IMG/VR virus record: IMGVR_UViG_3300014202_000363
Span: 1 to 40,932 of that record
Strand: one strand, 5' to 3'
Source: a virus
Lineage: Duplodnaviria; Caudoviricetes
DNA length: 40,932 bases
The position numbers were made by a program, and so were the translations under genes. Of the stretch, positions 34,786 through 40,932 are shown piece by piece. How positions within the stretch are numbered: the stretch's first letter is position 1; each line of letters starts with the position of its first letter. The notes beneath the pieces are model-generated. The model was not told where the DNA came from and did not search any database. It saw nothing but the letters and a program-made list of their open reading frames with translations.

Positions 34786-34998
34786 TTAGTTCCTTATAGT
34801 CCCGACAAGTGTAGCACCTTCTGGAATGTGTTTTTCTTCGCTTAAGTGCTCATCCATGAAGTCAGTCAATACTTGAGTCACTGTTTTATTTGTTGAAAGA
34901 ATCGCGTCTAGAATGTCATACGACAGATGCTCGGCTAACTCTGGGTTATCGTCGCAGAAATCTTTTAATTGCAGTCGTTCTTTATTAGTTAGAATCAT
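34786..34998 (-). CDS. Hypothetical acidic protein
   Basis: ATGA overlap with cold-shock gene. Confidence 0.65.
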   Translation of the reverse strand: MILTNKERLQLKDFCDDNPELAEHLSYDILDAILSTNKTVTQVLTDFMDEHLSEEKHIPEGATLVGTIRN

Positions 34999-35288
34999 GA
35001 TTCAGACCTTTCGATATACTTATTAGTTTTTTCCACGTTAGATAACTGCGGCCCTTTTGGGCCTTCAACTATAACCGCGTGAACAATCTGGCCATCAACT
35101 AAAGTCTGAAAGCCGCCGCCTTCGATAGCGGAATAATGCACAAAACAATCCTTGTCTTTAAACTCGCCCGCCATTGGATGAGCAAAGCCAAAACCTTTAC
35201 TGTCACTGAAGTATTTCACTACGCACGGAATTTTTTCTTGGAACTTTTTTCCAATAAAAATCTCTTCGAATAAATCTCTGTAATCCAT
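34995..35288 (-). CDS. Cold-shock domain protein
   Basis: RNP1 KGFGF, RNP2 [19 protein letters not shown]; SD GGAGG. Confidence 0.92.
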   Translation of the reverse strand: MDYRDLFEEIFIGKKFQEKIPCVVKYFSDSKGFGFAHPMAGEFKDKDCFVHYSAIEGGGFQTLVDGQIVHAVIVEGPKGPQLSNVEKTNKYIERSES

Positions 35289-35289
35289 T

Positions 35290-35397
35290 TCAAAATCCTC
35301 CCATCAAATTAAACACTAGCGAATAAGTTACTAAAGTAACTCCGATAAAAGAAACCAGCAGAACAATTGATTCGGCCAAGTAGAATAATGTTTTCAT
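35290..35397 (-). CDS. 35-aa single-pass membrane peptide, not in ORF track
   Basis: [35 protein letters not shown]. Confidence 0.55.
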   Translation of the reverse strand: MKTLFYLAESIVLLVSFIGVTLVTYSLVFNLMGGF

Positions 35398-35398
35398 T

Positions 35399-35533
35399 TT
35401 AAAACCCCATTGTTTGATTGAATATTTTTAGACACAAAAAATCATCGCAAATAATTACATCGCAGCAATACCAATCTAAGGCTGTCGTGTAGTTAGTTGT
35501 TTCATTGTTGCAAATATCGCATTTTACTTTCAT
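35399..35533 (-). CDS. Small Cys-rich protein
   Basis: MKVKCDIC...YCCDVIICDDFLC; TGATG coupling. Confidence 0.55.
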   Translation of the reverse strand: MKVKCDICNNETTNYTTALDWYCCDVIICDDFLCLKIFNQTMGF

Positions 35534-35775
35534 CACACGAAACATCCTTCCTTTGAATAAGTACCGACACCTAACTGGTGTTTGCAGTCTTCGCAAATTA
35601 TTATCGGCTCATATTGAGAGGTCAGTAAAATCATGCCGTGAAAAATTTCCCCATCATCTAAGTGCTTATCGGAAACACATAATTTATTTTCGCAGTTATT
35701 CGGGTAATACTGCCAAGGCTTATCTTGCTTGATTTTCATTGTAGCAATTGCATTTTTGTATTGTTGGAAGTTCAT
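35533..35775 (-). CDS. Small Cys-rich (zinc-binding) protein
   Basis: SD AGAGGAG before MNFQQYK; CENKLC and CEDC. Confidence 0.65.
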   Translation of the reverse strand: MNFQQYKNAIATMKIKQDKPWQYYPNNCENKLCVSDKHLDDGEIFHGMILLTSQYEPIIICEDCKHQLGVGTYSKEGCFV

Positions 35776-35779
35776 GTTT

Positions 35780-35911
35780 TTACTCCTCTTTAATTCCGCA
35801 ACTAACACTCTCTAGCTCGGCGTGAATCATTATAAGAATCTCTTTTAGATTCACGTCTAAATCCGAGTTATCTATATATGTCCAAAGTCTATCTAAGTTT
35901 GCATTTTTCAT
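35780..35911 (-). CDS. Hypothetical protein (43 aa), not in ORF track
   Basis: ATGA overlap with ardC stop; MKNANLDRLWTYIDN... Confidence 0.55.
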   Translation of the reverse strand: MKNANLDRLWTYIDNSDLDVNLKEILIMIHAELESVSCGIKEE

Positions 35912-36699
35912 GTTTCTTCGCTTTCTTTTTTATTATTTGTTCCAGCCTTCAAAATCTTATCTGCTGCCGAGAAAATCTTCTTTGCCGACTTCTCTGGTAT
36001 ATCTTGATTCCCACCTAACCAGCTTTGAATATAACCGCGTGAAAACTGCGCACCCTCTAAACCAAGTGACTCGCAACAGATCAAGGCCACGCTCTCAGCT
36101 TCAATCTCCATGATATTTTTCGGAGTATGAAACGCATCATGCGCTGTTAAATCGGTGTGACCTAAAAGAACGTGAGCTATTTCGTGAAACAAAGTCTTAT
36201 GCGGTAAAGCCGCCATTGGATTGATCGCGATATTTCTGTCAATTGCATATCCCTGTGAGTTTCCATTGATTGAATCATAGGTAATTTCTTTAATATCCAA
36301 AGCGGCTAATGCCTTAGACTTGTCCCACGTTTGAACATGATCTAGTGAATAGTTTTCACCCTCAGTCTGGCTAAGAGAAAAGAATCGGTTCACTGCTTTG
36401 AAAAGCATGAATGATTCATCTGTTTTTTCGCCTTGATCATCTTTCTTGCTGATTTTTACAGGGACAAGTAAAGCAATGGCCTTTTCGCCCTTTTTCACGT
36501 TACGTCCTTTATCTTGCCAAAATTTAAATGTTCCAATTGGCGATAATGGCAGGCCACGACCGATCAACTGCGACATTGCAAGCAATTGGTTGCCTGTAGA
36601 GTAGTTATGGAATGTCCTGTAGCAAGAATGAATGATACCGGGCTTTGAAATGGCATCTTTTAAAACATCGGCCATGTTAATTTCTGTTTTATTTGTCAT
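35908..36699 (-). CDS. ardC: ArdC-like ssDNA-binding/antirestriction protein with zincin-like C-terminus
   Basis: FHNYSTGNQLL, TFKFWQDKGRNVKKGEKA, FSLSQTEG, HEIAH, EIEAES, YIQSW. Confidence 0.88.
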   Translation of the reverse strand: MTNKTEINMADVLKDAISKPGIIHSCYRTFHNYSTGNQLLAMSQLIGRGLPLSPIGTFKFWQDKGRNVKKGEKAIALLVPVKISKKDDQGEKTDESFMLFKAVNRFFSLSQTEGENYSLDHVQTWDKSKALAALDIKEITYDSINGNSQGYAIDRNIAINPMAALPHKTLFHEIAHVLLGHTDLTAHDAFHTPKNIMEIEAESVALICCESLGLEGAQFSRGYIQSWLGGNQDIPEKSAKKIFSAADKILKAGTNNKKESEET

Positions 36700-36742
36700 G
36701 TTTATTTACTTCCTTGATGAAGGCATTACCTTATTGTCCCTG

Positions 36743-36772
36743 TTGACACAAGATCTATTTTCAAGTAGAACT
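36743..36772 (+). promoter_or_regulatory. Possible promoter in the divergent ardC / beta-clamp intergenic region
   Basis: TTGACA(36743)-17 nt-TAGAAC(T); the -10 is imperfect. Confidence 0.4.
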
Positions 36773-36794
36773 ATCAACAAGAGGAAACAAAAAC

Positions 36795-37445
36795 ATGACA
36801 ACCGAAACTAAACAAAAAGATTATTTATTACCGAAACAAGCTCTAGAACATATGATTTTAGCTTTACAGAATATCGCATCTAAAGATGCTACAAGATACC
36901 ATCTGAACTCTGTATTTCTGAAGTTCAACAGTGAAGAGAGCACCGTTACAGTCGACGCTACCGACGGCCACAAAATGACTAGGAAGTCATTCCATTGTGA
37001 GACTGACTTGAATACCGAGTTTGCTTTTGACCGTGATACTGTACCGGCTCTAAAGGCTATGTTTAGTCAAGCCAAAAAACACTACTTCCACGGGTTCAAT
37101 CTCAAGCACGGTGCGGACGACAGACTGCATATCAGCTTCCTTGGTGAAACGTCGGTCAGGTCAAAAAGCCCGCTAGATAATCAAAAGCCAGACTTTGACG
37201 GAGTAATGAAAACCAACGAGATACAATCCCCATCGGTGACAGTTTACTTCAATGCCGAGTATCTAGAACAGGTGCTGAACACGATGAGGCAGTCAAACAA
37301 GGAACAAGGTATTAAGATGCATATCCCGCTAATTATCGAACAAGACAAGAACGGAAACATTCAATCAATCAAGCAATCATTCAAAGCCATGGTCTATACT
37401 AACGACAACGATACAGCCCTGATCATGCCAATGAGAATAACCTAA
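36795..37445 (+). CDS. Truncated DNA polymerase III beta-clamp homologue (domains II-III)
   Basis: ASKDATRYHLNSV, DATDGHKM, PDFDGV, FNAEYL, LIMPMR match DnaN central and C-terminal motifs; only 216 aa. Confidence 0.8.
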   Translation: MTTETKQKDYLLPKQALEHMILALQNIASKDATRYHLNSVFLKFNSEESTVTVDATDGHKMTRKSFHCETDLNTEFAFDRDTVPALKAMFSQAKKHYFHGFNLKHGADDRLHISFLGETSVRSKSPLDNQKPDFDGVMKTNEIQSPSVTVYFNAEYLEQVLNTMRQSNKEQGIKMHIPLIIEQDKNGNIQSIKQSFKAMVYTNDNDTALIMPMRIT

Positions 37446-38264
37446 ACACAATCAATCACTGGCGCACGGATGCGCCTACCACTCCCCACTCCTTGCATAA
37501 CTATGCAACCCCTCACAATGCATTGACTCCTTGCGCGTGACCTCAGCACCCAATAGAACACATACCCACAATACATCCTTGACACGCATCATGCATGAAT
37601 CTGTATAATGGGAACATACCCATAGCGCGCCTATGCGCAGTTAGGCTTCTCTCCCAAAGGGCTGCAGAAAAACGAGAGCCTTTCGCAAAGCAACATACTT
37701 CTTTCATGCAACGAACTTCTTTCTTTTAAAATACTTGCTTATAAAAGAAATTCCCCTTTCTACCTCGTTCTTTGCACCCCCGGGGCCATGCCCTTGGCAT
37801 GTGGCACTGATAGGGTGTGAGGGGGGGGGCTGATCCCCTCCCACTTATGCAACTCACTTTAACTTCTCTGACTCTCCGCGTTTAGGTACCACTGATCTTT
37901 GTAGAAAGGTGATCTTTGTTGAGTATTCCGGTCTGTGTATGCGCGCCGCTATTTCTCTTGTTGATTGTTTCTTTGGTTCTCGGACTTCTTGATTAGCACC
38001 GTACCCGCTGAATGGTAGCTTGATCTTTTAGAAAGCTCTGTTTTAGGCGCGTGTGGGTTATGTGGGGTAGCGGTTGAGCATAGTGTAAGAAGTTTATGAT
38101 TGTGAAGATTAGTTAATAATTAGTTAGTATTCATGGTTAGTTTAGATAAATGTTAAGGATTCTTTCGAATTTCTATTAGCGAAGAGTAAAGGTGGTTTTG
38201 GCGTTTTGGTGTCCTTGGATTGGTTTTGATGGTCGATCAGTCTCAGTTACCCCATTTAAACGCT
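37446..38264. other. Large non-coding region; candidate genome termini/packaging site
   Basis: No ORF of 60 aa or more; C/A-rich left half, G/T-rich right half, central CCCCGGGG and G9 run, repeated motifs. Confidence 0.55.
37579..37609 (+). promoter_or_regulatory. Consensus sigma70 promoter with 19-bp spacer containing a palindrome
   Basis: TTGACA(37579-84)-19 nt-TATAAT(37604-09); TCATGCATGA at 37589-37598. Confidence 0.6.
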
Positions 38265-38669
38265 TTAAATCGGCATTCTGTGCTTAGGGCATGAGAGTCT
38301 GGTGGCAAGATTGGCTTTATCGTAGACTTCGGGCTTGATGTTTCGTTGCTCTCCGCAAGCCCAGCACTTCTTTTCGACTACCGATGCCTTGGCTTCTAGG
38401 TTTTTCTCTGATCCTAGACTGAATGCGTCGATGATGGAGATTTTTGTAGGCGGTGCTTCTCGGTCTTCGACGTACCTCGTTATTAGTTTCTGGCAACGGC
38501 TTACGAATCTCTCGGCAGCCTGGCTAACGGCTTCTTCGTTTTTGAAGTCGATGGACTCAAGTTCGTCGTGAGCGGCTTGCCAGGGATCGGGCTTGTGAGC
38601 TTCGTAGTAAGCCACACACCCTGGGACGTAGATCGCATTTACTTTTTCAAGTGCTTCAGAAAGTTTCAT
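38265..38669 (-). CDS. Hypothetical protein with C-terminal zinc ribbon
   Basis: CWAC...CPKH; ATGA overlap with helicase. Confidence 0.75.
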   Translation of the reverse strand: MKLSEALEKVNAIYVPGCVAYYEAHKPDPWQAAHDELESIDFKNEEAVSQAAERFVSRCQKLITRYVEDREAPPTKISIIDAFSLGSEKNLEAKASVVEKKCWACGEQRNIKPEVYDKANLATRLSCPKHRMPI

Positions 38670-39523
38670 TGTTTTTTAGACTCCTCGTATTGGCAAAATC
38701 GGTGTTCAAACCAGATGGGTTTATTTACATACATTCCGCGTTTGCGGATTTTCTTAAAAACTAATTCTCGATCAGTGGTGTGTCTTGTTTTTGAAATCAC
38801 ATCAGACTCTTTCGGCCTGTTAAAAAGAATCACGTTGTGTGCTTCCTGTACTGCTGTTGATGACCCCTTGATATCAAACTCAGATTCAACTCTTCCGTCT
38901 TTTGTTTTTTTCGGATGAACAATCAGGATGATGTGAATTGGGATTTTTTTTACTAACATCACAAGCTCATGAACCGCTCGATCCATTTCGATGTTTTGAT
39001 CTTCGGAGCGAACAACATCGAGAAAGAAATTTAAGTTATCAAGCAGAAACACCTTTGTTCCGTAGTTCGAGTGTTGATGCGCAATCATCGAAGTTAGATC
39101 CTCGATGTTCACTCTGTTGTCGTAAGTTGCAATTTTGATTTTTGCTTTTCTAAGCACGGGAGCAACCTTCGATGTGATTGATTCCTGAAGATCATCCATT
39201 GGGACTGATGTGCCGCTGTTGTAATCTTTTCTTGAAAGCACAGAAATAATCCTAACAGCAAAATCAATATCGCCTGTTTCAACCGGAGCAACGAAGTGTG
39301 AAACTTCTTGAATACAAAGCTGGCAAGAGATGTTTGCAAGAAGTTGAGTTTTACCAGCACCCGTTGGAGCGCAGAGAAGTGTGAGTTCATTTGGCCTGAG
39401 TCCGTTCAGATATTTATTAAAACTTTCCCACCAAGGTAGCGGAGTTCCTTTCGGTGGATTGATGATGAACTCAGAACTTTCAACGATCAGGTCTTTGATG
39501 TCTTTGTAGCCGATATCACTCAT
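38666..39523 (-). CDS. SF4 replicative helicase (DnaB/T7 gp4/Twinkle-like, no primase domain)
   Basis: APTGAGKT, FLLDNL, LIVHPKK, DIKGSSTAVQEAHNVI, KKIR; probable start MSDIG 39523. Confidence 0.88.
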   Translation of the reverse strand: MSDIGYKDIKDLIVESSEFIINPPKGTPLPWWESFNKYLNGLRPNELTLLCAPTGAGKTQLLANISCQLCIQEVSHFVAPVETGDIDFAVRIISVLSRKDYNSGTSVPMDDLQESITSKVAPVLRKAKIKIATYDNRVNIEDLTSMIAHQHSNYGTKVFLLDNLNFFLDVVRSEDQNIEMDRAVHELVMLVKKIPIHIILIVHPKKTKDGRVESEFDIKGSSTAVQEAHNVILFNRPKESDVISKTRHTTDRELVFKKIRKRGMYVNKPIWFEHRFCQYEESKKQ

Positions 39524-40280
39524 AGCGACCTTCCTCGTCCTCGCCACTGCGAACCTGAGATCCAAGGTTCCTCATGCGATCAAACTGCTTCGGCCCAAGG
39601 ACTCGTTTCACGCTCAAGAACTTTGCCGGATCGTAGCGGTCACTCTTCGGCTCGAACCTGGCTCCGATGAGCGCAAGCTTAGTTGCCTCGACGCCATGTC
39701 GTTTTGCACACCGAACGATTTCGTACCTGTCCAGAAGCGGGTTGGAACTGCAACCAAAATGCTTCAGCGTTTCACCCCAAGCCTCGAACAAAACTCCGTA
39801 CTCCGAAAGAAGTTGATCTTTCGTGTCAACAACCTTCTTGCCAGCCTCTTCGGATCCCGTTTTTTCTTCAAAAGGGACTATAGGGTATTCTTTATCTTCT
39901 TCTTCTTCTTCTTCTAGGGGCAACAAACTTGCCAGCGACTTGCCAGCAACTTGCAAGTTCTTTGTGTGATTGTCCTTTATTTCTAATAACTTAGGAATTT
40001 TGAATACGACATGCTTCGGGTATTCAACGAAACTCATAAAGCTATCATTCGCCAGTCTTTCGAGTATCTTTCGCGTATCATTCCAGCATCTAAAGCGTAA
40101 CTGCTCGCGTAATAACACTTTTGAAATTGTAATTTCTGGATAGCTTTTCCCGTCCCATTGTGCTGCGCACAACTCAAGAAATCTCCAAAATCTGGCCTCC
40201 CCCTCAAGGCCAAATTCTGCGAAGATTTTTTGCATGGTACTGCCGTTTCTGCACTCCGTCATATGCTTAAACCATTTCAT
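39516..40280 (-). CDS. Phage replication initiator (replisome organiser-like)
   Basis: MKWFKH...FGLEGEARFWRFLELCA N-terminus; internal iterons and poly-Glu linker; upstream of helicase. Confidence 0.8.
   Translation of the reverse strand: MKWFKHMTECRNGSTMQKIFAEFGLEGEARFWRFLELCAAQWDGKSYPEITISKVLLREQLRFRCWNDTRKILERLANDSFMSFVEYPKHVVFKIPKLLEIKDNHTKNLQVAGKSLASLLPLEEEEEEDKEYPIVPFEEKTGSEEAGKKVVDTKDQLLSEYGVLFEAWGETLKHFGCSSNPLLDRYEIVRCAKRHGVEATKLALIGARFEPKSDRYDPAKFLSVKRVLGPKQFDRMRNLGSQVRSGEDEEGRYE
39887..39959. repeat. Putative replication origin: three 11-bp iterons plus polypyrimidine tract
   Basis: ACTTGCCAGCG/ACTTGCCAGCA/ACTTGCAAGTT at 39927-39959 next to a (TTC)n tract. Confidence 0.7.
40044..40087. 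repeat. Second 11-bp-period degenerate repeat array in the initiator gene
   Basis: ATCATTCGCCA/GTCTTTCGAGT/ATCTTTCGCGT/ATCATTCCAGC. Confidence 0.6.
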
Positions 40281-40539
40281 GTGACTCACCAAGCAATCTT
40301 TTTAGACCATCATTTAGATCGTCTTTTAATTCATCGCTTATATTTTTTCTTTTAAGAAGGAATCTAATTTCATTTACTTCACTGAAACCAAATGCATGTT
40401 CGACACTTGTGGTTGATTGTTCCAATTTTCCTCTTTGAATTAAAAAAGATAATACACAAGCGAAGTCTTCGATACTTGTGTCGTATTGTTTACTAAAAAT
40501 TTCGTATAATTCTTTGGGTGTTATTTGTGCTGAAATCAT
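40267..40539 (-). CDS. Hypothetical protein
   Basis: SD AGGAGAG; first full gene of the replication operon. Confidence 0.75.
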   Translation of the reverse strand: MISAQITPKELYEIFSKQYDTSIEDFACVLSFLIQRGKLEQSTTSVEHAFGFSEVNEIRFLLKRKNISDELKDDLNDGLKRLLGESHEMV

Positions 40540-40632
40540 TTATTCTCTCCTGTTGATTGTTGATTTTCATTGCGAAAACAAACAGGCGAGAGTATTGCTA
40601 TCCTCATCTGTTTGTTCAGCGACTACAGTATT

Positions 40633-40678
40633 AACCCCGACGCCAAGACATTGTCAAACGCATCGGGGTTTTTTATTT
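40633..40678 (+). terminator. Hairpin followed by U-tract (possible intrinsic terminator or leader structure)
   Basis: AACCCCGA...TCGGGGTT then TTTTATTT. Confidence 0.5.
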
Positions 40679-40732
40679 CCTTTGTAAAAAATACCATGTA
40701 ACAATTTCATAAAGGTCTCTGAGGTTAGTCAT
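40673..40732 (-). CDS. 19-aa leader peptide candidate
   Basis: SD AAGAGGA; MTNLRDLYEIVTWYFLQRK*; stop abuts hairpin. Confidence 0.4.
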   Translation of the reverse strand: MTNLRDLYEIVTWYFLQRK

Positions 40733-40817
40733 GTTTCCTCTTGACCCTTCCAAATGAGGCCCACTGAGGGGAGTGTTGTCTCCCATAGTCGCATGGATGC
40801 GATTGACACCTTTCTCC

Positions 40818-40932
40818 TTGGTGGGTTGTTGTAAAATTTACAATGTAGCCATAGGATTGACTTATGGGAGAGAAAAAGCCACGCAATCACGAAACCAAGC
40901 GGTACAACAAAGACAGACCTAATATGTTGGGT
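40818..40932. repeat. Terminal direct repeat, right copy
   Basis: Copy of 1-115 with two substitutions. Confidence 0.97.

Noticed and set aside
37446-38264. tRNA genes or a known riboswitch
   Set aside because: No cloverleaf or T-loop consensus seen; the CGCAAAGC near 37684 lacks the rest of a c-di-GMP-I aptamer.
40818-40932. Biological terminal repeat, attL/attR, or DGR template/variable pair
   Set aside because: It runs into the terS-like gene at contig ends; there is no integrase or reverse transcriptase; best explained as assembly overlap.
1-40932. Alternative genetic code
   Set aside because: Genes tile densely under the standard code, and TAA, TAG and TGA are all used as stops with normal overlaps.

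Overview
This window looks like one complete, circularly permuted genome of a tailed dsDNA phage of about 40.8 kb: bases 1-115 recur at 40818-40932 with 2 mismatches. The layout is podovirus-like. The + strand arm (47-25587) carries a TerS-like gene, a cluster of signal-peptide-bearing fibre and beta-sandwich proteins, a lysis cassette, TerL, portal, scaffold, an N4-gp56-like major capsid protein, a free-standing HNH gene, tail adaptor/nozzle/fibre genes and three ejection-type proteins. No tape measure or sheath gene is evident. The mostly - strand arm (25584-40732) carries a sigma-region-4-like regulator, a Dam-family methylase, a DUF6948-like gene paired with a GYG-repeat gene, a PD-(D/E)XK nuclease/Sak4/SSB recombination module, a cold-shock domain protein, ArdC, a two-domain beta-clamp homologue, an SF4 helicase and a replication initiator with internal iterons. 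I found no integrase, DNA polymerase, tRNA or CRISPR array. An 820-bp non-coding region (37446-38264) has a symmetric strand-skew switch, a perfect TTGACA/TATAAT promoter with a 19-bp spacer, and repeated motifs; it is the best candidate for the physical end or packaging site. The most novel-looking element is the exported (Sec signal/lipobox) fibre module placed between terS and the lysis genes. A Bdellovibrionota-like host is an inference only. All family assignments come from motif recognition by eye; no searches were run.
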